In this document: positions 1-10,084 of the stretch, piece after piece
How positions within the stretch are numbered: position 1 is the first letter of the stretch
Layout: every line of letters begins with the position of its first letter
Virus record (IMG/VR): IMGVR_UViG_3300032083_001576
Location: 3,013-67,012 of that record
Length of the DNA: 64,000 nt
DNA from: a virus
Direction: 5' to 3' (one strand)
Made by a program: the position numbers and the translations under genes
The notes under the pieces: model-generated
Database searches by the model: none
What the model saw: the letters and a program-made list of their open reading frames with translations, nothing else
What the model was told of the DNA's origin: nothing

Positions 1-149
1 CAAGGTGTATTTTGAAATGAGTCTTTTGGGTCGTTTGTTTGCCAAAACAATTCATCAACCTCTAAATCTTCGAAATAATATTGTTCAAAATCTTGACTTA
101 AATTACTTGGTGGATTATACATATCACCAACTGAATTATTCTCCGCCAT
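1..149 (-). CDS. hypothetical protein (partial, runs off window start; MAENNSVGDMYNPPSNL...)
   Basis: ATG at 149 right after the stop of the upstream gene, GAGG SD upstream, open frame to the window edge; not in ORF track. Confidence 0.65.
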   Translation of the reverse strand, partial: MAENNSVGDMYNPPSNLSQDFEQYYFEDLEVDELFWQTNDPKDSFQNTP

Positions 150-377
150 TTATTTTACCTCTTGCCAATTTCCTGACTCTTGGACTATTCCAGCTATAGC
201 TTCGAACTCACTTTTTACTTCATTAAAAAGATTGATTTCATTATAATCACCATCAATATTTTTTGATTTTTTACCTTTTGGCACAAACACCGATTGGTCT
301 AATTTATCATACATTGAATCTAATGCGTTTTTGATTATCTGTATTTGGTCGTAACCTTCTTTACTTATCTTTGACAT
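150..377 (-). CDS. hypothetical protein
   Basis: 75 aa ORF overlapping its upstream neighbour, operon orientation. Confidence 0.7.
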   Translation of the reverse strand: MSKISKEGYDQIQIIKNALDSMYDKLDQSVFVPKGKKSKNIDGDYNEINLFNEVKSEFEAIAGIVQESGNWQEVK

Positions 378-576
378 CTCTGTCCTCCTGTAATAACTTT
401 TTTTCTGTTTCTTTTATTTTATCAATATCATCTTTTAAATGTTTATTAATAAATTCACTAACATCAACATTAAGTCTTTTTAATTCACTTAATGCTAATT
501 CTTTGACAAACTCTTCTTGTTCTGAATCCAAAACTGTTGTCATTAATTTTGTTATATAACTACCTAATTTATTCAT
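361..576 (-). CDS. hypothetical protein (helical, charged)
   Basis: 71 aa ORF overlapping neighbours. Confidence 0.7.
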   Translation of the reverse strand: MNKLGSYITKLMTTVLDSEQEEFVKELALSELKRLNVDVSEFINKHLKDDIDKIKETEKKLLQEDRDVKDK

Positions 577-1012
577 TTATTTGTATCCTTATATTATCTA
601 ACCATTGGTTATCATATTCATCATAATACACAACCCAAATGGTTGCAATCTGTCCTATGTTTTCTTCCATTACTCCCATCATTTGATAAGCGTAACCATC
701 ATCTGATGAATAACCACTACCATTAACAACAGGTATATCTTCACAAAAATCCCAAGTACAACCTTCAAAAGTCACATCAGTAACCCATTCTACATATTCA
801 TACTCATAACCAATGTATGCCCGTAATTGTGTAAATGTTTGTATAGAACCCTCATTAAAATCCAAATGATAAACACCATCTTTATCCATTGGTAAATCTG
901 GTGCTTCTATATTTAAATAACAATAATCACAGCTAGAATTTGGATTATCACAACCAATAAACAACATACTGATTATGTATATAAATATATATTTAATTAT
1001 ATTTCTCATCAT
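569..1012 (-). CDS. putative lipoprotein
   Basis: Basic N-terminus, hydrophobic stretch, lipobox-like FIG-C followed by DNPNS. Confidence 0.7.
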   Translation of the reverse strand: MMRNIIKYIFIYIISMLFIGCDNPNSSCDYCYLNIEAPDLPMDKDGVYHLDFNEGSIQTFTQLRAYIGYEYEYVEWVTDVTFEGCTWDFCEDIPVVNGSGYSSDDGYAYQMMGVMEENIGQIATIWVVYYDEYDNQWLDNIRIQINE

Positions 1013-1045
1013 TTTTTTATCCTTTTTATTATATTATATAGTAAT

Positions 1046-1075
1046 AATATAAGAATAATTTACTATATGAGTCAA
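1046..1075 (-). promoter_or_regulatory. sigma70-like early promoter TTGACT-N18-TATATT
   Basis: Same motif and spacing at four loci, preceded by A-tract plus AAGC. Confidence 0.8.
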
Positions 1076-1082
1076 GCTTTTT

Positions 1083-1934
1083 TTATTCATCAACAACAGC
1101 TCTACCTTTTAATTGTTCCCAATCTTTTTCTGGTCTTACTTCACAATTGGTTTCCCAAGCCCCAATTAATGTGTTTGGATATAAATCTAACTTATCTTTA
1201 GCTACACTAATTAGAGCGTTTATGTCCTTTGGAAAACAACTTCCTCCAAAACCATAGTGTCCATCAGGACCTGGTACAGACCAGTGAGATTTTCCTAATC
1301 TTTCGTCATATGTGGCATATTCCGTAACTTTGTCGTAATCAATTCCTAATCTTTCACATATTTCAAATATTTCATTAGCAAATGATACTTTCGTGGCCAA
1401 AAATGTGTTAGTCATATATTTAACCATTTCAGCTGTAGTAGAGCCAGTCTTTATTATGTGTGCCTTTGGAAACGCCTTGTAAAATAATTGTCTAACCTTT
1501 GTTGACGCTGGTCTTGGTCCACCTATTATAATCCTATCTTGATTTTTAAAGTCTTCTATAAAATTAGCTTCTGTTAAAAATTCAGGATTGAATATAACTT
1601 GTATGTGTTCACATTCGTCATTCAATCTCTCTGTTGTTCCTGGTGGTATTGTAGATTTTATAACTACAACTCTATTTGAACATTGCCTTACCAATGATAA
1701 ATTATCTAATTCTGTAACCATTCCTTCAACTATACTTGTGTCACAACTACCATCTTTTTTCATTGGTGTTGGAAGACACACAAACAACACAGTGGATTTA
1801 TCAACCAACTCTTCAATTGAATCACAATTTCTTTTTGTTTCATCTAAATCATAAGTTCTTATGGTATGATACTTTTTTAAACCCTCTTTTACAGCAGTTC
1901 CCACAAACCCTTGTCCTATTATACCTATTCTCAT
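1083..1934 (-). CDS. UDP-glucose/GDP-mannose dehydrogenase family protein (short form)
   Basis: GxGxxG Rossmann motif, CLPTP, KSTIPPGT, NPEFL, GFGGSCFPKD catalytic motif; lacks C-terminal domain. Confidence 0.9.
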   Translation of the reverse strand: MRIGIIGQGFVGTAVKEGLKKYHTIRTYDLDETKRNCDSIEELVDKSTVLFVCLPTPMKKDGSCDTSIVEGMVTELDNLSLVRQCSNRVVVIKSTIPPGTTERLNDECEHIQVIFNPEFLTEANFIEDFKNQDRIIIGGPRPASTKVRQLFYKAFPKAHIIKTGSTTAEMVKYMTNTFLATKVSFANEIFEICERLGIDYDKVTEYATYDERLGKSHWSVPGPDGHYGFGGSCFPKDINALISVAKDKLDLYPNTLIGAWETNCEVRPEKDWEQLKGRAVVDE

Positions 1935-2800
1935 TTACTATCCTCTAACCATTTTTTTACATAGTCTTTTAAATCACCTTTAGGTTTATAACCTAATTGT
2001 TTTTCTGCCTTTGAATAATCACATAAAGTTACATCATATTCACCCGGTCTTTGTGGTATATACTTTGTTTTACAATTGAACATTTTAGCTAATTCATTTA
2101 TTGAATAATTTACTCCACTACCTAATTCAAATATTTCACCCTTGTGATTTTTACCCACACAACTAATTAAACCATCAACGATGTCATCTATGTGAGTAAA
2201 ATCTCTTCTCTGCTCACCATCACCAACAATAGTTAATGGTTTATTATTTAAATACTGATTTTCAAATATACCTATTACAGTGGCGTATGTTCCACTTCTT
2301 ATATGATGTGGACCATAAACATTATAAAATCTACATATTGTAGTGTTTAAATCATATACTTCACTGTATAACTTACATAACTCCTCACCACCATATTTAG
2401 ACCACGCATATGGACTTCCATATAACCCATGATGTTTTGAACTTGAACCAGCATAAATTACAGGTATTTTATACTTACGAGATAATTCCAAAATATTTAA
2501 AGTTCCATCAAAATTATTTATTATGGTTTCACTTGGGTTTTTTATCGAGGGTTGTATTCTTGCCAAAGCCGCCATATGAAATATTACGTCAACACCATTT
2601 ATAACATCATCCATCTTTCTATTTTTAAAATAATCATTATGTGAAATATCTATTAAAAATAACTTAGCTTTTTTGTTTATATTGTACTGACTACCTGTTG
2701 ATAAGTTATCAAATATAATTACCTCATGACCATCATTAACCAATCTATTAACTAAATTAGTTCCAACAAAACCAGCACCACCTGTTACTAAGATTCGCAT
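1931..2800 (-). CDS. NAD-dependent epimerase/dehydratase
   Basis: TGGAGFVG, YxxxK (YAWSK), RFYNVYGP, GDGEQRRDFTH. Confidence 0.92.
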   Translation of the reverse strand: MRILVTGGAGFVGTNLVNRLVNDGHEVIIFDNLSTGSQYNINKKAKLFLIDISHNDYFKNRKMDDVINGVDVIFHMAALARIQPSIKNPSETIINNFDGTLNILELSRKYKIPVIYAGSSSKHHGLYGSPYAWSKYGGEELCKLYSEVYDLNTTICRFYNVYGPHHIRSGTYATVIGIFENQYLNNKPLTIVGDGEQRRDFTHIDDIVDGLISCVGKNHKGEIFELGSGVNYSINELAKMFNCKTKYIPQRPGEYDVTLCDYSKAEKQLGYKPKGDLKDYVKKWLEDSK

Positions 2801-3987
2801 TTTATTAAATCCTTTTCATAGGTTTTTATTTTATTAATTTGTATTTTAAATATGTCTAATTCAAAACTACCCTCTTCAAGTTCTTCATCGTTTGCCAATA
2901 TCTCTGATAAAGTTTGTATGTAACCATAACTATTACTAAAAAAATCAAGAGCGTCAAACCTAACTTCAATATCATTTTGTTTTTCAGAATCGATAGAATA
3001 TATTCTTTTATTTAAATCAAACATTGTATTTGGTTGTTCTCTATCGATATAATCTTGAGCGTATGTATCTACATAAATCGTTGAACACCACGGCTCTAAC
3101 TCTTCTAACAATTGTTCATTACAATTTTTAATCACAAGACCAATATCATACTTTGGTGGTACGATTGGTTTTAAATGGGCATCGTGTTTTACAAAGTGCC
3201 CCCACTTACGAATAAAGTTACGAGTGCTTCTGATGTTTTGTTTCATCCACTCATCAGTCTCTCTGTTTTTCATAAACACTTCACCATTTGGATTTCGTTT
3301 AGCACCATCAGCAAATCTTGAACCTCTACAGGTCATATGATATACAAAACCTCTCCAAGTTTGAATAAATTTATATCCATTCAAAAGAAATCTATTAAAT
3401 ATATCCGAATCTTCTTTTGATTGTGGAGCATACAATGGGTCATGTCCTCCAATGGATTGAAAATCTTCTTTCATTATAGCCCACGGCGCAAATATACCAT
3501 TTGTTGTGGTTTCTTTTTTAAGTGATTCATAATCTTTTAAAAGTTCTTGTTCTTTAAATTCTTCAGGTTCAATACCATAATCAGCCAATATCTTCTCAGG
3601 ACCAGCTGGATGTAGAGGTGGTTCTATTCTTGTTCCACTAACCACAACACCTTTCTTGATATATTTGTTCACTTCTTTATCAAGACCAGGTAATGCATAC
3701 ATATCAGCGTGATATATCATAACAATATCATTTGTAGCATAATCGTTAATCAATGTATCGTATAGAATTGTATGTCCCAATCTTGTAGGGCCTTCGTTTC
3801 TATGAATTTTTACATTTGGGTCTTTTTTCTGAATCTCTTGCATCCACTCCCAAGTTCCATCATTTGAAAAATCATCAGCCATACATATTTCATGTATGTA
3901 TCCAAGATTCTTTCTGATAGAATTATAACTCCACTTGAGATACTTTAAATTGTTTCTACTTGGTTGTATAAAACTAATTGGTTTCAT
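2788..3987 (-). CDS. glycosyltransferase family 2
   Basis: GT-A fold: ADDFSNDGT, HADM (DxD-like), GGHD, EDSD. Confidence 0.85.
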   Translation of the reverse strand: MKPISFIQPSRNNLKYLKWSYNSIRKNLGYIHEICMADDFSNDGTWEWMQEIQKKDPNVKIHRNEGPTRLGHTILYDTLINDYATNDIVMIYHADMYALPGLDKEVNKYIKKGVVVSGTRIEPPLHPAGPEKILADYGIEPEEFKEQELLKDYESLKKETTTNGIFAPWAIMKEDFQSIGGHDPLYAPQSKEDSDIFNRFLLNGYKFIQTWRGFVYHMTCRGSRFADGAKRNPNGEVFMKNRETDEWMKQNIRSTRNFIRKWGHFVKHDAHLKPIVPPKYDIGLVIKNCNEQLLEELEPWCSTIYVDTYAQDYIDREQPNTMFDLNKRIYSIDSEKQNDIEVRFDALDFFSNSYGYIQTLSEILANDEELEEGSFELDIFKIQINKIKTYEKDLIKCES

Positions 3988-4942
3988 TTATAACCTCTCC
4001 TATAACCTTATTCATAGTATAAATATACTCTTTCTCACCAAAACACTCATTATATCTTGTTTTTGATATTTTACTACAATCATCATAAAATGATTTATCT
4101 GTTTTAAGTCTGTTTGCTAATTGTTTAGCTTTATTTAAATCACCCATGTCAACACTCAAATGTGGAAAACATAACTCTTGTGTATCCAATCCTTTATAAC
4201 CAATACAAGGTATTCCATAATAAGCACAATTCAATGCAAATGTCCCAGCTGCATGTGTTGTCATTAAATGAACACCATATTTAAATCTTGATAAATTGTT
4301 AACCCAACTTAACCAATTCATATATGGTAAATGAGTCAAATTTTCCATTTGTTCTTCATTTTCTATCTTTCTACCCATTGATGGAGCGAATATATCTTCT
4401 TCAAATTCTTGAGCAACAATATAAGAATCAAATCCACCATACCATCTAACCATATTACCACCAATAATTACTCCATCTCTAACATCAGGATTAACAATGT
4501 GTGGTTCTATTTTATCTTCAATCATTAATGATTTATTTTGAAATACATTTTCTTTTCCTGTTAGTCCTTTATAATATTCTACATCAATTTCATTATGAGC
4601 AAATATTACATCCATTTCCATTAAACAATTATAAAACCATATTTGTTGGTGTAATGGATAATCTTGAAAATACCAATGAGGACCTTCTTGCATAAATCCT
4701 ATCTTTTTACACACCCTTTTCATCTGTTCAATCAAAGGATAAACCATAAGATAATCTATTTTTGTTTTAGGTATTATTACAATACCCAAATCATATATGT
4801 TATCATCTAAACTCTGTATTGATTCAATATGATGATGTGTGGCATCAAGTCCAACATACCAAGCATATTCTGTTCTCATATTTTCAAAATCTCTTGGTAT
4901 TTTGCCATCAAAATTTGATTCACTAAAAAAGGCTATATTCAT
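3974..4942 (-). CDS. putative glycosyltransferase (GT-B-like)
   Basis: Context; C-terminal GTFALNCAYYGIPCIG resembles the GT4 donor-binding region. Confidence 0.55.
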   Translation of the reverse strand: MNIAFFSESNFDGKIPRDFENMRTEYAWYVGLDATHHHIESIQSLDDNIYDLGIVIIPKTKIDYLMVYPLIEQMKRVCKKIGFMQEGPHWYFQDYPLHQQIWFYNCLMEMDVIFAHNEIDVEYYKGLTGKENVFQNKSLMIEDKIEPHIVNPDVRDGVIIGGNMVRWYGGFDSYIVAQEFEEDIFAPSMGRKIENEEQMENLTHLPYMNWLSWVNNLSRFKYGVHLMTTHAAGTFALNCAYYGIPCIGYKGLDTQELCFPHLSVDMGDLNKAKQLANRLKTDKSFYDDCSKISKTRYNECFGEKEYIYTMNKVIGEVINETN

Positions 4943-4954
4943 TAATTGACTCCT

Positions 4955-5905
4955 TTAAAATTCTTCTTTTATTTTTAACATCAATTCAGTATAGTCATTA
5001 GTGCCTGTTTCATTAATCGTATGACCATATTTTTTTACCACCTCTGTATCATTTACTTTTCCAATTACATCATAAATTGGTATAACCTTAGCATCAGACA
5101 ATTTTGAAAAATAACTATTTTTTCCAAAATAATTTGGTCTTAGTTCTTTTCCTTTGTGAACATAAGATATGACAGTTCCACCAAAAAAAGATGACAATAT
5201 AGAATTACCACCACAAACTGTAATGAATCTATCACAATTAGCCATAACTTTTAATTGAACCTCATTATAAGTGTATTGATTATATTTTTTAAAAACATCA
5301 TCAAACAGATGAACATCATCAAAATATTTTGTTAAATCATAATCAGTCATCATACCTACTCCTTCAACATCAGCCAATATATTATGATAACCGACACTAA
5401 GTGAATCTCTCTCATTCTGGTCAATAGTAAAATGTTCTTCTGTGTTTGACACTCTTTTATAAACCACAGCGTAACCTTTGGTGGTTAAATAAGAAAACAT
5501 CTCGTGAAGACATTGTATGTCAAAAAAACCATATGGTGTTTGTCCGTGTTCTAAATTAAATTTATTAGATATGAATACAATTGGTTTCTCAAATTGTATC
5601 TCTTCATTTTTATATTGTTCTTTAAATGGTGGTGGTGTCCATTTAGAGTAGTCCAACACACCTGGTTCCTCTAATGGATTTATGCCGTGAATCCAATTAT
5701 TAGGTAAATCATTTAAACCAGCAGCTGCGTTATCAATATTTCTGTATGTAAATTCTTCTCTAACATCATCACAAAAATAATAAAATGGTTTCATACCTGT
5801 TGAAGTCACCACTGATTCTAATTCTCCATTTTGGTGTAACCAATAAGCGTATGGTACTGCTAGAGCTAATTCAACACCAAACTCAGCGTTATTTTTAATT
5901 ATCAT
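4955..5905 (-). CDS. hypothetical protein, probable glycosyltransferase
   Basis: 316 aa ORF in glycan island; QLKVMANCDRFITVCGG resembles GT-B C-terminal motif. Confidence 0.5.
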   Translation of the reverse strand: MIIKNNAEFGVELALAVPYAYWLHQNGELESVVTSTGMKPFYYFCDDVREEFTYRNIDNAAAGLNDLPNNWIHGINPLEEPGVLDYSKWTPPPFKEQYKNEEIQFEKPIVFISNKFNLEHGQTPYGFFDIQCLHEMFSYLTTKGYAVVYKRVSNTEEHFTIDQNERDSLSVGYHNILADVEGVGMMTDYDLTKYFDDVHLFDDVFKKYNQYTYNEVQLKVMANCDRFITVCGGNSILSSFFGGTVISYVHKGKELRPNYFGKNSYFSKLSDAKVIPIYDVIGKVNDTEVVKKYGHTINETGTNDYTELMLKIKEEF

Positions 5906-5926
5906 TTATTTCCTCATCATTCATTT

Positions 5927-6577
5927 TTATTCTCCAACCATTTTTATAATTTGAAAGGCCTCGGCGTATTCACAATTAGCTTCTATACCTCTGTACTGTG
6001 CCATAACCTTTAAATTTCTTTCAACATCAAAACCCGCCTCTTCATACTTTCTAAACTGACTTTCGTGACATTTTGAGGCTTGTATTTTTCTAGCGAATGT
6101 TTTAGTGATGTCACTGTAATAATTTACTTTCATTGGATTTTCTGTATGTCTTGGTATTGGTATTTGTTCATAACAAAAAACATTTGGAACATATCTAGCT
6201 GCAGCCATTGTAGCTTTAAACGTAGATATATGGTCTTGATTAGAATCTCCAGCCCAATGTGTATATATGGTGTCAATTTTATATTCTTTTATTAATTTGT
6301 CCAAGCAAGACACACTTTCAAAACTGAATGGAACGTGTAAATCTTTAAAATTTAAAAACTCAACAGCTCTAACACCTAAAACTTGGGTTGATTTAATAAC
6401 TTCATTTGTCAATTCATCTTCTGAACGAATTGTTTCACCAGTTGTCCCGTCTATTGATTGAGTGCTTGTCATACACACATACACAACGGTATCACCATTT
6501 TGAATATGTTTAACTAATGTTCCACTACACCCAAACTCTATATCATCTGGATGAGCTCCTATCGCCATTACATTCAT
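5927..6577 (-). CDS. PIG-L/LmbE family N-deacetylase
   Basis: AHPDDIEFG metal motif, HxxxDxxxDH, HESQ. Confidence 0.92.
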   Translation of the reverse strand: MNVMAIGAHPDDIEFGCSGTLVKHIQNGDTVVYVCMTSTQSIDGTTGETIRSEDELTNEVIKSTQVLGVRAVEFLNFKDLHVPFSFESVSCLDKLIKEYKIDTIYTHWAGDSNQDHISTFKATMAAARYVPNVFCYEQIPIPRHTENPMKVNYYSDITKTFARKIQASKCHESQFRKYEEAGFDVERNLKVMAQYRGIEANCEYAEAFQIIKMVGE

Positions 6578-7260
6578 ATAATCTCCTTACTTTTTTTACC
6601 CTCATTAAATAACAAATCAATTATAGACATGTATGGAATAAACTCATTGTATAATTGATTATATTTAGGGTGTTCATAATGTTGCCAATTTAATTTTATG
6701 TTTCTATCTTTAAACCCAAGTTCATCTATATATCTTATTGAACCTGGACCAGAACCTGTAATATATTCTGTTGTTTTTAATTTTTCAAGTATGTTAAATA
6801 TCTTGTCTGCACCATACAAATTTTTATCAGTTATTTCTGAAGAGTATTTTATTTGAGTATCTATATTTAACTCTTTCAAAAAATAATCAATTAACGACAT
6901 AGATAATTCTGTTAAGGACTTGTGTTTAACTAAAATTATGTCACACAAATCTTTAAAATAATTATTAAAAAAAGGAGCCTTTGAGTAAAAAACTTCTATC
7001 AACCTTATGTGTTCTTCATTCCATTTTGAATCATAATTAATAATGGTGTCATTAAAAGAAACTAAATCACTCTTGTTAGAGATAGGAACTGATAACCATT
7101 TATCACCTGATGTGGTTTTTATTTTATTTCTGTGTCCAAAATGTTTTTTACCTCTTGGAAATTGAACATCATCAAAAATAACAAATACATCACTTTGTTT
7201 TATTTTATCAAAAAAACCTAACCAGGGTAAATAATTTGGTTGATGAATAGAAACTATCAT
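6574..7260 (-). CDS. WbqC-like protein (putative glycyl/acyl transferase)
   Basis: HQPNYLPWLGFFDKI, DDVQF, RNKI, SIIDLLFNEG signature. Confidence 0.92.
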   Translation of the reverse strand: MIVSIHQPNYLPWLGFFDKIKQSDVFVIFDDVQFPRGKKHFGHRNKIKTTSGDKWLSVPISNKSDLVSFNDTIINYDSKWNEEHIRLIEVFYSKAPFFNNYFKDLCDIILVKHKSLTELSMSLIDYFLKELNIDTQIKYSSEITDKNLYGADKIFNILEKLKTTEYITGSGPGSIRYIDELGFKDRNIKLNWQHYEHPKYNQLYNEFIPYMSIIDLLFNEGKKSKEII

Positions 7261-8408
7261 AATGACTCCAAACTAGTACAAATGTAGTCTAGTTGTTCCT
7301 CTTCTAATTCAACATACATAGGTAAAGAAAATATTCTCTGAATAAAGTCTTCTGAATTTATAAACCCATTAGAACTTAAATAATCAAAATAAATTCTTTG
7401 TTGATGACACAGAGGATGATATGCATTAGCTGTAGGAACATTATAATTATTTAGTAATTTTAATAAAGTTTCCGTTCTGTCTCTACCATCTACTATTGTC
7501 ACTATGTATTGCCACCAAGTTTGATTTATATTATTATTTGTATAAGGTGTTTTTAACCATTCTACTTTTGATAACCTATTAGTGTAATATTCTGCTATCA
7601 TATTTCGTTTATCTATAAATTCTTTGTGTAATTTATTCTGTGATAAACCTAATACAGCATGAAATTCACTCATTCTATAATTCGTAGATGGCATTGCACA
7701 AGTGTAACCATAATCTAATCCAGCATGTTTTGGCTCATTTCTTTCTGTGCCGTGATTTCTAACAACTCTACATTTTTCAGCTAATTGTTTGTCATTAGTC
7801 ACAATCATACCACCTTCTCCAGTAGTAATTATTTTAGAAGGATAAAAAGAAAAAACACCAGCATTACCAAAACTACCTGAGTATCGTTTCTCTCCTGTTC
7901 TTCTATCTATGATACTAGCACCAAAACTGTGTGCGTCATCTGTTAACAAAAACAACTTATTATTTTTACAAAACTTTTCTATAGCGAATATGTCTGGTGT
8001 GATTAATCCTGACATATGCACTAAAACAACACCACCCACATCATCACTCATATTTTCTTTTATAATGTCAAGTGATAAACATTGAGTATCCATATCAACA
8101 TCTACGATAACAGGAATGTTACCTGTCCTTAAAATACAATTAACACTAGCTGCAAAAGTCTGTGTTGGAACTATAAACTTTTTACCTTTGATACCACTAG
8201 CTATTAAAGCAGTTTCTAGACCTGTACCACACGATGTTGTTGCAACAGCATTATCTATGTTGAATTGTTTACTAACTTCGTCTTCAAACTCTTTTACATA
8301 TTTTCCTTGTATCAATCCACCAGTGTCTAATATTTCAGCATACTTGTCTAAAATATCTTTTTTTGTTTCATCTGGTATCCAAAGTTTAGCTCTATAAATC
8401 GTTTTCAT
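7257..8408 (-). CDS. DegT/DnrJ/EryC1/StrS sugar aminotransferase
   Basis: DDAHSFGA, FSFYPSKIITTGEGG (PLP lysine), NYRMSE, SLPMY. Confidence 0.95.
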   Translation of the reverse strand: MKTIYRAKLWIPDETKKDILDKYAEILDTGGLIQGKYVKEFEDEVSKQFNIDNAVATTSCGTGLETALIASGIKGKKFIVPTQTFAASVNCILRTGNIPVIVDVDMDTQCLSLDIIKENMSDDVGGVVLVHMSGLITPDIFAIEKFCKNNKLFLLTDDAHSFGASIIDRRTGEKRYSGSFGNAGVFSFYPSKIITTGEGGMIVTNDKQLAEKCRVVRNHGTERNEPKHAGLDYGYTCAMPSTNYRMSEFHAVLGLSQNKLHKEFIDKRNMIAEYYTNRLSKVEWLKTPYTNNNINQTWWQYIVTIVDGRDRTETLLKLLNNYNVPTANAYHPLCHQQRIYFDYLSSNGFINSEDFIQRIFSLPMYVELEEEQLDYICTSLESL

Positions 8409-8417
8409 ATTTTCCTT

Positions 8418-9224
8418 TTATTTTTCTAACCATTCCGTGTATTGTTTTATACCTTCATCTAAATCAGTAAATTGTAAGTCATAATCTTTTTTTATTTCTG
8501 AATTATCAAACTCAAAATCTGTAGCAGGAAATAATCCGTCTCCTGAATCAAAATTAATTAACACTTTACCTTCTGGATAATAATCTCTTTTTAATTTTTC
8601 AAGTAACATTATCATATTGATTGATTCGTCACCACACACATTGTATGTTTTTCTTTTCATCAAAGAATCGTTAACTAATGTTTCTAAACACTTTACAACA
8701 TCTTGTACAAAAACTAAATTAATATTATAGTTTCCATCACCACATACATCTACATATTTATGATTTAGTATTCTGTTAATAAAATGTCCTAGTCTAGGTC
8801 TATGATTACCTTCACCAACAATGTAACTAGGTCTAATTATGTTGTAATTCAAACTTGTTTCACTCAACATCTTTTCAACTGCTAATTTATCTTTTCCATA
8901 ATCATCAAATGTTTCAATGTATTTGTCATCTGCCGCACCACTACTTACAAATATGTAATTAGAGTCCTTTGGAATTAAATCTTTTATCAATTTAAATTGA
9001 GATGTGAAAAACAAACACATATCTACAATACAATCATATTTATCAAAATCAATTTTTTGTATGTCCTCTATGTTGTTTCTATCACCTTGAATTACTCCAA
9101 TAATATTATCGGCACTTGTACCACTTCTGTTAAATACATCTACATTATTATATTTAGATAATTTTAACGATAGTGATTTACCTACGAATCTATTACCACC
9201 AAGTATTAAAATATTTTTCAACAC
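8418..9224 (-). CDS. NAD-dependent epimerase/dehydratase-like protein
   Basis: LGGNRFVG, YGKDK, RPSYIVG. Confidence 0.8.
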   Translation of the reverse strand: MLKNILILGGNRFVGKSLSLKLSKYNNVDVFNRSGTSADNIIGVIQGDRNNIEDIQKIDFDKYDCIVDMCLFFTSQFKLIKDLIPKDSNYIFVSSGAADDKYIETFDDYGKDKLAVEKMLSETSLNYNIIRPSYIVGEGNHRPRLGHFINRILNHKYVDVCGDGNYNINLVFVQDVVKCLETLVNDSLMKRKTYNVCGDESINMIMLLEKLKRDYYPEGKVLINFDSGDGLFPATDFEFDNSEIKKDYDLQFTDLDEGIKQYTEWLEK

Positions 9225-10084
9225 TAAATCATATCCTTAATTTCTTCGATAGTAAATCTTTCAACTTCATTTGAATACTTACCATCTTCAAGAATCTTTT
9301 CGTGTAAGTTCTCACCAGGCTGTAATCCTATTTCTTTTATATCTAACTCAGCACCTTCTAACAAATATTTATCTGCCATCGCTGTCAATAAATCTCTGAC
9401 ACTCATTGATTTCATCTCAGGAACAAAAGGATAAGAATCAGTAGCTTCAACCATACATTTTTCTATTAAGTCAACTGCTTGTTCTATTGTCCAAAAGTAT
9501 CTTGTAGCTTCTGGTTCTGTGACAATAACTTGTTTACCTTCTTCAAGTAATTTTTTCCACTTACATAAAACAGAACCTGTTGAATACAACACATTACCAT
9601 ATCGTACAATTCTAAATGTTATGTCAGGATAATTTCTTTCAAATTGTTGAAATAATGTTTCCATAATGTATTTAGTTGCACCATAAACACCAGCTACTTG
9701 AGCTGCTTTGTCTGTACTGATACCTAGAATAAATTCAACATTATTGTTTACACCTTCTTCTAGTACATTCAACGACCCAATAACATTTGATTTAGTACAT
9801 TCTCTTGATTGTGTTTCTGCTAACCCAACATGCTTAAAAGCAGCTAAATGAAATATACCACTTACTCCTTTCATAGCCTGCTGAACATCAAATCTATCAG
9901 CAATATCACCAGTTAATATTTCTAAAGATGGGTATTCTTCTTTGATTTCAATTAATTTACCCTCATCTCTTGATATAGTAACGACTTGTCCTCCTTGTGA
10001 TAATATTCTTTTAATGAGTTCTCCTCCTAAGAAGCCACTACCACCAGTTACAAGATATTTTTTATTTTTTTCTATTTTAATCAT
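9224..10084 (-). CDS. UDP-GlcNAc 4,6-dehydratase-like (PseB/FlaA1/CapD family)
   Basis: HLAAFKHV, ISTDKA, YGATK, RYGNVLYSTGSV, GENLHE. Confidence 0.9.
   Translation of the reverse strand: MIKIEKNKKYLVTGGSGFLGGELIKRILSQGGQVVTISRDEGKLIEIKEEYPSLEILTGDIADRFDVQQAMKGVSGIFHLAAFKHVGLAETQSRECTKSNVIGSLNVLEEGVNNNVEFILGISTDKAAQVAGVYGATKYIMETLFQQFERNYPDITFRIVRYGNVLYSTGSVLCKWKKLLEEGKQVIVTEPEATRYFWTIEQAVDLIEKCMVEATDSYPFVPEMKSMSVRDLLTAMADKYLLEGAELDIKEIGLQPGENLHEKILEDGKYSNEVERFTIEEIKDMI

Noticed and set aside
978-988. TATATAAATAT match to the late-type motif
   Set aside because: Lies inside the lipoprotein signal-peptide codons (YIFIY) in very AT-rich sequence; probably chance.
5895-5924. 9-codon ORF MNDEEINDN between PIG-L gene and next gene, a possible further cassette scar
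   Set aside because: Too short and shows no similarity to the anchor GT2 tail; cannot be supported.
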